A stretch of DNA of 34,619 nucleotides from an uncultured Gemmatimonadota bacterium (lineage in GTDB: Bacteria > SM23-81). Of this stretch, positions 1-9,026 are shown piece after piece; position 1 is the stretch's first letter, and each line of letters opens with the position of its first letter. The DNA lies in contig CAZOYL010000010.1 in assembly GCA_964584035.1 (NCBI GenBank), forward strand, positions 1-34,619, read 5' to 3'. The translations under genes were made by a program, and so were the position numbers. Under the pieces are notes generated by a model that ran no database searches, was not told the origin of the DNA, and worked only from the letters and a program-made list of their open reading frames with translations.

Positions 1-115
1 ACGTATGACGGCGCTCATCGAGGACCGGCCGGATCGGCGGATGGCTGCCTGCCGCAGGCGGGCTACCATTCGCCGACTTTAAATGATAGAAACGCAATGT
101 ATTGTGAAAAAACAC

Positions 116-144
116 TTGACAAATACCACAGAAGGTATTATTCT
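116..144 (+). promoter_or_regulatory. sigma70-type promoter for M23 peptidase gene
   Basis: TTGACA (116-121), 17 bp spacer, TATTCT (139-144), in an AT-rich intergenic patch. Confidence 0.65.
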
Positions 145-188
145 TTATCGTCTGTATTCTTTTTTTATCCGGAAAGTGAGATCCACAG

Positions 189-1121
189 ATGGCGCTGATG
201 CCCCAGAAACGCTATTCCATCATCGTAGTTCCCGAGGATGAGGGCCGGGTGAAACAGGTCAGGATCACCTCGGGACAGATCCGGGCCGTGGCCGTGGGTC
301 TGAGCCTGGTGCTGATCCTATCATCCTTTTTTGCCCTGAATTATCTGGGGCGAGCCCGCGATGCCGTGGCCATGGCCCAGCTTCGGCAGGAGAACGCCTA
401 TCTGTGGTCCCGGGTGGCCGATCTGGACAGCAGCATCTCCCTGTTTCAGGATCAAATGGTGGCTCTGGTGAAAACCGAAGAGAACTTGCGGGTCATGGCC
501 GATCTGCCGCCCATCGATCCGGATGTGAGAAAGGTGGGCGTCGGCGGACACAGCGCCGTGAATCCGGTTTTCTCCTCCGGCCCATTGAAGAGGGGAGAAC
601 TCGCTCCCGACCTTGCCCTGGCCGATGTCGATCGGCTCCTGAGGCAGGCCAAGCTGGAGAAACAGAGCTTCCTGGAGGTGGAATCGGTCTTTCAGGATCA
701 GAGCGACCGGTTGCGGCATACGCCCACCATCTGGCCCGTTTCCGGCCATATTTCCAGGGGCTTCGGGAAACGTACCGATCCTTTTACCGGACAGCTTCGT
801 CAGCATGAGGGTCTTGATATCGTCAATCGGATGGGCACCCCGGTGGTGGCCACCGCCGACGGAAAGGTGATCAAGAGGGGGTGGCAGGGGGATTACGGCT
901 GGATGGTCGTGATCGATCACGGCTATGGCTACCAGACGGCTTACGGGCATCTGGACTCGATCCTGGTTAAGAAAACCGAGCGGATCGATCGTGGTCAGAC
1001 CATCGCCACACTGGGAAACAGCGGTAGGTCCACCGGTCCTCATCTGCATTATGAGGTCCGCCTGAAGGGAACTCCGGTGAATCCCTATCGATTTATTCTG
1101 CCGGAGGTTATTGTTGACTGA
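189..1121 (+). CDS. M23 family metallo-endopeptidase (MepM/NlpD-like) with N-terminal TM helix and coiled coil
   Basis: HEGLD (HxxxD) and TGPHLHYEV (HxH) zinc motifs; GYQTAYGHL; hydrophobic segment at about residues 33-52. Confidence 0.93.
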   Translation: MALMPQKRYSIIVVPEDEGRVKQVRITSGQIRAVAVGLSLVLILSSFFALNYLGRARDAVAMAQLRQENAYLWSRVADLDSSISLFQDQMVALVKTEENLRVMADLPPIDPDVRKVGVGGHSAVNPVFSSGPLKRGELAPDLALADVDRLLRQAKLEKQSFLEVESVFQDQSDRLRHTPTIWPVSGHISRGFGKRTDPFTGQLRQHEGLDIVNRMGTPVVATADGKVIKRGWQGDYGWMVVIDHGYGYQTAYGHLDSILVKKTERIDRGQTIATLGNSGRSTGPHLHYEVRLKGTPVNPYRFILPEVIVD

Positions 1122-1185
1122 CGGGTTTCTCGATGGCCACCTTGTGTGGATCATCTGAGCGAACAAGCGGTGACGATTGTGAACC

Positions 1186-1218
1186 AAAGCCGGTGGCGTA
1201 GCAGCCAGCGGTTTTTTT
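1186..1218 (+). terminator. Intrinsic terminator after M23 gene
   Basis: GCCGGTGGC...GCCAGCGGT stem (one mismatch) followed by T7. Confidence 0.7.
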
Positions 1219-1294
1219 ATTGGGCCGCCTCTCCGCCGGAGCATCGGTTTGGACTGGGCGGCCGCATCGAGCGGCACGGGCATCCGCGAGTGAC

Positions 1295-3811
1295 ATGATC
1301 TTAAGGCCGCGTGAAACCAGGGACTGTAAACAGCCGGCGCTATGGGCCGCCGTTCTCTACGCCGGCGGTATCTGCCTGGGACGGGTGACCGATCCGTCTG
1401 TCGGGCTCATGGCCGCGGCCGTTTGTCTGCTGCTCGGTATTTCCATTTTAGTGGACCGCCGGCGGTTCTCCGCATTCGACCCCTCCCTTTTTCTGGGGCT
1501 GGCCCTGCTTTTGACGGCCAGCCTGCAATATGAAGTCCGGACCCGTCTGTTCCCGCGGCATCATATCGAGCATTATCTTGCCCGGGAACCGATGACGGCC
1601 AGACAGGTGATCGTCCGGGGCCGAATCATATCGGATCCCCAGGAGAAGAGAGCCGATGCCACCTGTGTGCTTCAGGCCGCCGCCATCGATACGGGACGTG
1701 GTGGCATGCCGGTCACGGGCAGGATTCTCGTTCGTATCAGGGATTTCCGGGGCGGATTCGAAGCCGGAACCCAGGTCTGTCTGAGCGGCCGGCTGCGGTC
1801 TCCGGGAGGCGTCCGGAATCCGGGCGACTTTAACTATCGGGAATACCTCCGGCGTCGGGACATCTGGGCCATACTGACCACCAATGCCGACGGTGGGGAA
1901 CCGGCCGCCCCGGGCTCGAGAGGCTGGCTTGGTTCCCTGGCGAGCCGGGCACGGCGGTATCTCGCCGCCACGATCGCCCGGATGCTGCCGGGATCGCCGC
2001 GCGCCCTGCTGATGGGCCTTCTCCTGGGTCAGCGGGGCGCTCTTCCCGATGAGATCACCGCCGCCTTTTCGGATGCCGGGGTGATCCACGTGCTGGCCGT
2101 ATCGGGCCTGCACGTAGGGCTCATCGTCGGTATTTTTTTCGCCCTTTTCTCCGTTCTGAGATGTCCCCAGCCGGCGGCCACTCTGCTCACGCTGACGCTG
2201 GCCTTTTTCTACATGGTGGTGGTGGATCTGCGACCATCGGTCGTTAGAGCCACCATCATGGCGGCCACCGTCATGGGGGGGCGCCTCCTGGAGCGCGATT
2301 CCGATCTCCTCAATACTATTCCCTTCGCCGGCCTGGTCATCCTCATCTGGAATCCGCGCCTGCTCTTCGAACTGGGTTTTCAGCTTTCTTTCGCGGCGAC
2401 CCTCTCGATCGTCTACCTGCGCGGGCGGCTGTTATCCATCTGCTGTCCCTTTCTGTCGGCGGCATCCCCCAAATGGCTGCGCTGGGCCGCCGCCGGGTTG
2501 ACCGTGTCTCTATCGGCGCAATTGGGGACGCTGCCCATCGTGGCCTACCATTTTCAGAAGATACCGGTGATCTCCCTGGTGGCCAATCTGGTGGTCGTCC
2601 CTCTGGTCGGCCTGGCCGTGGCTTTGGGATTTACCAGCGCGCTGCTGTTTCCCCTCAGCACCGCTCTGGCGGAACTCTATGCGGCCGCCAACTGGCTGGT
2701 GCTGGAGATACTCATCCATCTGGTCACCTGGGCCGCCGCTCTTCCGATGGCCTGTTTTCATGTGCCCCGGCCGGCGCCCTACTGGATCATGGTCTACTAC
2801 CTGTTCCTGATCCTGGGGGCCAACCTGAAGAGATCTCGAGCCGCCGCCAGGGCTTTTCTCCTGGGCCTGTTGATTCTGCTCAACCTGTTGATCTGGAGGG
2901 AAGCCTTACCGGCCGGCGGCCGGCTGAAAGTGGTTTTTTTCGATGTCGGGCAGGGCGACGCCGCCCTGGTTACTTTCCCCAACGGCCGCCACATGCTGGT
3001 GGACGGCGGGGAGCGAACCATGAGCAATGACTGCGGCCGGCGCATCCTCTGTCCCTATTTTCTCAGAAGCGGTATCCGGCGCCTGGATGTGGTCGTCCTG
3101 ACGCATGCCGACAACGATCATGTCGGCGGCTTGCCGGCTGTCCTGGAAACGATGCCCGTGGATCTGGTGGTGGAGCCCGGTGCCGAGCATCTGTCCGCCA
3201 CCTATCTGCGCTTTTTATCGCTGGCCGGCCGTTCCGATCGCCGCTATCGACGGGTCCGGGCCGGTGATCGCCTCCTGATCGACGATCGGGTGGCGGTCCG
3301 GGTGCTGCATCCCACCGTGAGGTTTGTCACCCCCGACGGGAAAGCGCCCTATGGTCTGAACAACGGCTCGGTGGTGCTGCGCCTGGAATATGGCCGGATC
3401 AGCCTGCTGCTGACCGGCGACATCGAACGGGAGGCCGAGGAAAGCCTGCTGAACGCCGGGCTGTTGGAGCCGGCCACCTGCCTGAAAGTGCCTCACCATG
3501 GTTCCATCTCCTCCAGCACGGAGCCCTTCCTGCAGGCCACGCGACCCCGGCTGGCCGTCTTCTCGGTGGGCCGCGAGAATCGCTTCGGACATCCGCACGA
3601 TGATGTTCTCGGCCGTTACGAGCGGCTGGGCATCTTCGTTTTCCGGACGGACCGGGGCGGGGCCGTTCTGCTGGAGACCGACGGGCGCGACCTGTGGGTG
3701 CGCTCGATGATCGACAGAGGGCCGATCCGGTTGAGGATCGAAGAAAACGATGCGGCGGCCGTCCGTTCATCAGACCGTCTTCTTCAGGCCGGCAGAGCAC
3801 TTTTTCCTTGA
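1295..3811 (+). CDS. comEC: DNA internalization competence protein ComEC/Rec2 (DUF4131 + competence + metallo-beta-lactamase domains)
   Basis: RNPGDFNY, HVLAVSGLHVG, GFQLSF, FDVGQGDA, THADNDHVGG, KVPHHGS, FGHPH motifs; start placed at ATG 1295 (uncertain, ORF open from 1220). Confidence 0.95.
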   Translation: MILRPRETRDCKQPALWAAVLYAGGICLGRVTDPSVGLMAAAVCLLLGISILVDRRRFSAFDPSLFLGLALLLTASLQYEVRTRLFPRHHIEHYLAREPMTARQVIVRGRIISDPQEKRADATCVLQAAAIDTGRGGMPVTGRILVRIRDFRGGFEAGTQVCLSGRLRSPGGVRNPGDFNYREYLRRRDIWAILTTNADGGEPAAPGSRGWLGSLASRARRYLAATIARMLPGSPRALLMGLLLGQRGALPDEITAAFSDAGVIHVLAVSGLHVGLIVGIFFALFSVLRCPQPAATLLTLTLAFFYMVVVDLRPSVVRATIMAATVMGGRLLERDSDLLNTIPFAGLVILIWNPRLLFELGFQLSFAATLSIVYLRGRLLSICCPFLSAASPKWLRWAAAGLTVSLSAQLGTLPIVAYHFQKIPVISLVANLVVVPLVGLAVALGFTSALLFPLSTALAELYAAANWLVLEILIHLVTWAAALPMACFHVPRPAPYWIMVYYLFLILGANLKRSRAAARAFLLGLLILLNLLIWREALPAGGRLKVVFFDVGQGDAALVTFPNGRHMLVDGGERTMSNDCGRRILCPYFLRSGIRRLDVVVLTHADNDHVGGLPAVLETMPVDLVVEPGAEHLSATYLRFLSLAGRSDRRYRRVRAGDRLLIDDRVAVRVLHPTVRFVTPDGKAPYGLNNGSVVLRLEYGRISLLLTGDIEREAEESLLNAGLLEPATCLKVPHHGSISSSTEPFLQATRPRLAVFSVGRENRFGHPHDDVLGRYERLGIFVFRTDRGGAVLLETDGRDLWVRSMIDRGPIRLRIEENDAAAVRSSDRLLQAGRALFP

Positions 3812-3836
3812 CTTGTCTGCCATCTGGGATTATTAA
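3808..3836 (+). promoter_or_regulatory. sigma70-type promoter for TPR gene
   Basis: TTGACT (3808-3813, overlapping comEC stop), 17 bp spacer, TATTAA (3831-3836); GGGAGG/GAGGT RBS downstream. Confidence 0.55.
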
Positions 3837-3877
3837 TTATAACAATAGGTTATATTTAAAAGGGAGGTAACGAGGTC

Positions 3878-4855
3878 ATGTCAAAGAGCCAATTCTACTG
3901 TGCCGCCATGCTGCTGATCGTGCTCTGTCTGCTCCCCGCCCTGGCTTTCGGGGACGAAGAGCAAAACCCGCAGGCGATCGAACATTATAACGCCGGGGTG
4001 GAATATACCAGACAGGGGGATTTTCAGAGCGCCGTGGAGGAGTACCTCAAATCGTTGGAGTTGGATCCGGAGAACGTGCAGATCCTCTATGGCCTGGGTT
4101 ATGCTTATCGGCAGCTGGACGATCTGGATCAGGCCATTGAGTACCTCAGCCGGGCCGTCGGCATCAATCCCAACTATATCGATGCCTATTATGAAATGGG
4201 ACTGGCCTACTGGAAAGCGAAGCAATACCAGGAGGCCATCGAACAGTTCACCAACGTCATCAATCGAGGACCAACCGGCGACAGCAAAATACCCAAGGCC
4301 TACTATTCTTTGGGCCGTCTGTACCTGCTTCAGGACGATCTGGAACAGGCCCTGATGGCGCTGCAGACCTCCGTGGCGTTCGATGCGGAATACGCGGAAG
4401 CGCATTACTATCTCGGGGAAGTGTATCGCCAGCAGAAGCAACTTTCCTCCGCCATCGAGGCCTATACAATGGCAGCCACCCTGGATAGCACCGATATGCA
4501 AACCTATTATAAATTGGGCATCGTCTACAAGGACGATGGGCAATACGAGCACGCCGTGTCGGCCTTCCAGAAGGTCATTCAATCCGGGACCAAATTCGCC
4601 ACCGACAGCCGCTACCGTTTAGGGTCGGTCTATAATGCCATGGGAAAGTATCAGGAAGCTATTGAGGTCTTGGGGGCGTATCTCGAACTCAAGCCTGGAG
4701 CCGCCAGCGCGCTCATGGCGCTGGGAGAGGCTCATGAGAATTTGGGCCAGTATGCGGAGGCCATCGAGGCCTATGGACAGGCAGCCAAGGACAGCCGCTG
4801 GGCCCAATATGCCAATTATAAGATCGATCAGTTACAGAAGTACATCGAGGAGTAA
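3878..4855 (+). CDS. Secreted tetratricopeptide repeat protein
   Basis: Signal-peptide-like N-terminus (...CLLPALAFG); about 8 tandem 34-aa repeats with YxxLG...A...Y/F..A pattern. Confidence 0.9.
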   Translation: MSKSQFYCAAMLLIVLCLLPALAFGDEEQNPQAIEHYNAGVEYTRQGDFQSAVEEYLKSLELDPENVQILYGLGYAYRQLDDLDQAIEYLSRAVGINPNYIDAYYEMGLAYWKAKQYQEAIEQFTNVINRGPTGDSKIPKAYYSLGRLYLLQDDLEQALMALQTSVAFDAEYAEAHYYLGEVYRQQKQLSSAIEAYTMAATLDSTDMQTYYKLGIVYKDDGQYEHAVSAFQKVIQSGTKFATDSRYRLGSVYNAMGKYQEAIEVLGAYLELKPGAASALMALGEAHENLGQYAEAIEAYGQAAKDSRWAQYANYKIDQLQKYIEE

Positions 4856-4910
4856 TTCACGGACCGGTATCTCGCCCTCCATGGTGTTCGGGGGCCTTTG
4901 ATGATCACAG

Positions 4911-4950
4911 AAACCGCAGGAATGGAGGCATCGATTTCTGCGGTTTTTTT
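4911..4950 (+). terminator. Intrinsic terminator after TPR gene
   Basis: AAACCGCAGG...TCTGCGGTTT stem with T7 tail. Confidence 0.7.
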
Positions 4951-4982
4951 ATTGAAACGGGGAAAAGAGAGGGGAAATCTCG

Positions 4983-5852
4983 ATGGCACCCGGCCAAGGA
5001 CGTGCTGAACGCATCCAAATGTTGATCGCCCGATATGGACCGGGCCGGGCGGCTGCCGGCCGGCAATTTGGGCCTCTGAGCCTATCTCTGGCCGTTCTCT
5101 TCCTGATGGCCTGTGCCCATGCCCCTTCGTTCGATCCGGGCGGCGGACCGGCCAGAGGCCCCCGGGAGGTCGTCGAGCGAATCAATCGGAACGCGCTGCT
5201 GGTCGAAAGCCTTCGGGCCGATGTCCGGTTGCAATCGAATCACATTCCCCAGAGCAGATTGTCCCGGGCCGATCTCCTGTTCGCCCGTCCCGACCGCTAT
5301 CGGGTGCGGCTTCGGACGGTCTTCGGATCGACGGTGGCCGTATTGATCCTCTGTCAGGGTCAGGCCGATCTCTATCTTCCCGCGTCCAACCGCCTGTATC
5401 AGGGATTCCTGACGGTCGAACAGGTCAAGGGGCTGGTGGGCATTGAGTTGCCGGCCGTCGACTTGCTGGAAGCCCTGTCCGGCATGCCCACGCTGCCTCC
5501 CGTCACGGAGCTGCTGGAGTACCGTCGCATTCAGGAAGATCACCTCCTGATTTTTCCCTGGGAACAGGGGCGTCGTGAGGTTATGGTGGCACCGGATGGA
5601 TACCGGATTCTCCGCGATCAATACCGCGATGCTGCTGGACAAGTGGTTGTGGAAAAGCAGTTTGATGAGCATCGCCTGGTCGCGGGCGTGGTTCTCCCGG
5701 AACGGGTTCGGGTTCTCCTCCCCGGTCGCGGTGATGCCCTGGAAGTCCAGTTTTCCCACCAGGATGTGAATGTGTCATGGGAGCAGGAAGATTTCCAGCT
5801 GGACCTTCCCGGCAGCGTTGAGCGGATTCGATTGGATCTGGAATACCGTTGA
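4983..5852 (+). CDS. Putative lipoprotein, DUF4292 / LolA-LolB-like fold
   Basis: Lipobox-like LAVLFLMA-C; beta-rich body with RPDRYRVRL and LPERVRV segments; start uncertain (4983 or 5019). Confidence 0.65.
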   Translation: MAPGQGRAERIQMLIARYGPGRAAAGRQFGPLSLSLAVLFLMACAHAPSFDPGGGPARGPREVVERINRNALLVESLRADVRLQSNHIPQSRLSRADLLFARPDRYRVRLRTVFGSTVAVLILCQGQADLYLPASNRLYQGFLTVEQVKGLVGIELPAVDLLEALSGMPTLPPVTELLEYRRIQEDHLLIFPWEQGRREVMVAPDGYRILRDQYRDAAGQVVVEKQFDEHRLVAGVVLPERVRVLLPGRGDALEVQFSHQDVNVSWEQEDFQLDLPGSVERIRLDLEYR

Positions 5853-5877
5853 CATCTCGGGTCGTTTGTATTACTTT
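5849..5877 (+). promoter_or_regulatory. sigma70-type promoter for msbA-LPS cluster
   Basis: TTGACA (5849-5854, overlapping upstream stop), 17 bp spacer, TACTTT (5872-5877). Confidence 0.6.
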
Positions 5878-6006
5878 GGGAAACGCGAAACCTTTCCAGA
5901 CCGGGGCTGGGAAGGTCTCCCCCTGCCGGATGAGGGGATTTCTACAGGTTATTCCTGCACCATCCAGCAGTAGCATAAACATTACCGTTTTCGATGAGGT
6001 TGTCCG

Positions 6007-7887
6007 ATGCGGCTTTTCTGGCGTGTCCTTTCCTATATCCGCCCCTACTGGAAGCACCTCCTGGTTTCCGTCCTCTGTACGGTGATGTTCACAGCGCTCA
6101 GCGGGGCCACGGTCTGGCTGCTCACCCCTCTGATGAGAACGGTGTTTCTGGCGCAGAAGTCCGGACCGGAAAGTTCGTTGCAGGCGGAGACGGTCTCACA
6201 GGAGCTGGATATCAGCGGAAAGAGCCTGAACCTCTCGCGCCTCAAGGATCAGATCCGGTCCTTGACGGCCACCCTGTTCGCCGGAAGAAACCAGCTGGAT
6301 TCATTGAAACGATTATGTCTGGCGATCTTGCTGGTGATCTTGCTGCGCAACCTGTTTTCCTATTTGCAGGCTTATTTTATCACCTATCTGAAGGAAGGCG
6401 TCATCCGGGACGTTCGCAACAACCTGTTTGCGCATCTGCAATTCCTCTCGCTGCACTATTATCATGGAAAACGTTCCGGGCAGTTGATCTCACGGGTGAT
6501 CAACGACACGGTCACGCTCAACGAGACCGTCAACATCAGTTTTTCGGTCCTCATCCGAGATCCCCTGCTGGTGTTCATCTATCTGTTTATCGTCATGCTG
6601 ATCAACTGGCAATTGACCCTGATGATCATGGCCGTGCTGCCCCTGAGCCTCTATATCGTCACCCGGATCGGGCGAAAACTGCGGACCTACAGCACCCGTT
6701 CTCTGGAAAAATTGAGCAACATCACCTCGATTCTACAGGAAACCTTTTCGGGGATCCGGGTCGTCAAGGCCTTCGGCATGGAAAAGGTCGAGATCGATAA
6801 ATTTCAGCGGGAGACCAACCGCTATTTCCGGACCATGCTGAAACGCGTCAGAGTGCGTTCCCTGGCCGGACCGGTGAACGAATTTCTTGGGACCGCCGCC
6901 GGGGTCATGGTCCTGTGGTATGGCGGCCGCCAGGTCCTCAGCGGCGATATCATGGGCCCGGAAGAATTCATGACCTATATCATCGCCATCTTTCTGCTGA
7001 TGCAGCCGATCAAGAGTCTCAGCAAAGTGCACAACCAGATCCAGGAGGGATTGGCGGCAGCCGACCGTGTCTTCCAGGTGCTGGACACGCCTCCGAGGAT
7101 CCGTCAGGTGCCGGACGCCCTGGAGGCCACCGATTTTCGGAGATCTATACGATACCGGAATGTCGTCTTCGCCTATGATGGCGGCGAGCCGGTATTGAAT
7201 CATATCGATCTGGAGATCAAGCGCGGGGAGGTGGTCGCCCTGGTCGGAGCCAGCGGAGTGGGCAAGTCGACCATGGCGGATCTGCTGCCCCGGTTTTATG
7301 ATCCCCAGGAAGGGTCGGTGGAGCTGGATGGCGTTGACCTGCGGAAGATCTCCATCTCCTCCTTACGGAGCCTGCTCGGAGTGGTCACTCAGGAGACCAT
7401 TCTATTTAACGATAACATCTTCAACAATATTGCCTACGGAGCTCAGGACGCTACCCGGGAGCAGGTCGTGGCGGCTGCCAGAGCGGCTAATGCGCATGAA
7501 TTCATCGTCGATCTGCCGCACGGCTATGAGACCGAGATCGGAGATCGGGGCGCCAAGATTTCCGGAGGGCAGCGGCAGAGGATTGCCATTGCCCGGGCGT
7601 TGCTGAAAAACCCGAAAATACTGATCCTGGACGAGGCCACTTCTGCTCTGGACAGCGAATCGGAGATCTATGTCCAGCAGGCGCTGGAGCGTCTGATGAA
7701 AAACCGCACCGCGCTGGTCATCGCGCATCGTCTGTCCACCGTGCAAAATGCCGATCGGATCATCGTCCTGGACGGCGGGACCGTTGCTCAGGATGGCCGC
7801 CACGAAGACCTCATCCGGCAAGAGGGCATCTATAGGAAGCTCTATGAACTGCAGTTTCAGGAAAGGCCTGGCACAGCGGAAACATGA
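6007..7887 (+). CDS. msbA: Lipid A export ABC transporter permease/ATPase MsbA
   Basis: 6-TM domain plus NBD: GASGVGKST, ISGGQRQR, ILILDEATSALD, IAHRLST; heads an LPS glycosyltransferase cluster. Confidence 0.85.
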   Translation: MRLFWRVLSYIRPYWKHLLVSVLCTVMFTALSGATVWLLTPLMRTVFLAQKSGPESSLQAETVSQELDISGKSLNLSRLKDQIRSLTATLFAGRNQLDSLKRLCLAILLVILLRNLFSYLQAYFITYLKEGVIRDVRNNLFAHLQFLSLHYYHGKRSGQLISRVINDTVTLNETVNISFSVLIRDPLLVFIYLFIVMLINWQLTLMIMAVLPLSLYIVTRIGRKLRTYSTRSLEKLSNITSILQETFSGIRVVKAFGMEKVEIDKFQRETNRYFRTMLKRVRVRSLAGPVNEFLGTAAGVMVLWYGGRQVLSGDIMGPEEFMTYIIAIFLLMQPIKSLSKVHNQIQEGLAAADRVFQVLDTPPRIRQVPDALEATDFRRSIRYRNVVFAYDGGEPVLNHIDLEIKRGEVVALVGASGVGKSTMADLLPRFYDPQEGSVELDGVDLRKISISSLRSLLGVVTQETILFNDNIFNNIAYGAQDATREQVVAAARAANAHEFIVDLPHGYETEIGDRGAKISGGQRQRIAIARALLKNPKILILDEATSALDSESEIYVQQALERLMKNRTALVIAHRLSTVQNADRIIVLDGGTVAQDGRHEDLIRQEGIYRKLYELQFQERPGTAET

Positions 7888-8972
7888 GACTGAAGGCGAT
7901 CGAACGGAGGGGCAAACGGCTCCTCATAAGCGTCCTTGGTTTCCTGCTGGGGACGAGTCCCATTTCTCCGAGGCGGATTGCCCGCAGCCGCTTGCATCGT
8001 GTCCTGGTTGTCCGTCAGGATGAGAGACTGGGCAATGTGCTGCTCATTACCCCGCTCTTGGAGGGCTTGAGACGGGCCCTGCCGGGGGCGCACATCTCCG
8101 TCCTGGTCAGCCCCCGATTCGCCGATATTCTCCGGGGCAATGCCGATATCGATCGTATCCTGACTTTCGACAAGCGGAGATTGCTGCGCAATCCTCTCCG
8201 GCTGGTATCTCTGATACGGACGCTGCGTCAAGGATCGTTCGACCTGTCCATAGACGGCGGTCCCGTTGACGACATCTCCCTGAACAATTCCCTGCTGACC
8301 TATCTCAGCGGCGCGCCCTTACGCCTGGGGCATCACCGGGGAGACAGACATCTCTTCCTAACGGTTGAGGTTCCGGTGGTCCAGGGGAGCCGAACCGAGG
8401 TGGATCATCACCTGGATCTGCTGCGGCATATTTTTGGAGATGTTCCAGCCGGCCGGCTGAAGATATGTTTGTTTCCTGAAGAGCGGGACAGGGCCGTTGA
8501 GAGACACCGGAGCTGGGGCCTGCGGAGCGACGATGCGGTGGTCGGGCTGCATGTCGGGGGACGAGGAAAGAAACGATGGGCCGCCGAACATTTCTATTCT
8601 CTGGCCGAGCAACTGATCTCTCGATACGGGGTCAAGGTTCTTCTCTTCTGGGGACCGAACGAGAGGGAACTGATCCGGCGATACCGGAGCCGAACCCTTC
8701 GAGGTCTCTCCATTCCTCCCCTTCTGCCCATCCGCGATCTGGCCGCTCAGCTTGAGCGATGCGCGGTCTTCATCTGCAACGATACCGGCCCCATGCATAT
8801 GGCCAGGGCCGTGGGCACTCCAACGGTGGCCATTTTCCGAAAACCGAATTACGGCCGGTACGGCCCGCCGGATCAGAGAAACAGGGTCGTCTACCAGCGG
8901 GACGGCAACGTCACGGTCGATGAAGTTTTAGCCGCCTATGATGAACTCATCAAACCGCGTGACGGGGGATGA
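7884..8972 (+). CDS. Glycosyltransferase family 9 (heptosyltransferase-like)
   Basis: RLGNVLLITP N-terminal motif, KRW, CNDTGPMHMA; ATGA overlap with msbA. Confidence 0.9.
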   Translation: MRLKAIERRGKRLLISVLGFLLGTSPISPRRIARSRLHRVLVVRQDERLGNVLLITPLLEGLRRALPGAHISVLVSPRFADILRGNADIDRILTFDKRRLLRNPLRLVSLIRTLRQGSFDLSIDGGPVDDISLNNSLLTYLSGAPLRLGHHRGDRHLFLTVEVPVVQGSRTEVDHHLDLLRHIFGDVPAGRLKICLFPEERDRAVERHRSWGLRSDDAVVGLHVGGRGKKRWAAEHFYSLAEQLISRYGVKVLLFWGPNERELIRRYRSRTLRGLSIPPLLPIRDLAAQLERCAVFICNDTGPMHMARAVGTPTVAIFRKPNYGRYGPPDQRNRVVYQRDGNVTVDEVLAAYDELIKPRDGG

Positions 8973-9026
8973 CGTTCCGGCCGCCTTGGATCAGCCGATG
9001 AAATGGTGTCGCCGGATTGAGAGCAT

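Noticed and set aside
1..82. Possible 3' end of an upstream CDS ending at TAA 80-82
   Set aside because: Too short to assign a frame or product
1140..1218. Possible T-box or other known riboswitch before comEC
   Set aside because: GGTGGCGTAGC does not fit the T-box UGGNACC consensus, and there is no room for stem I
321..1283. 320-aa minus-strand ORF
   Set aside because: Antisense shadow of the M23 peptidase; no recognisable motifs
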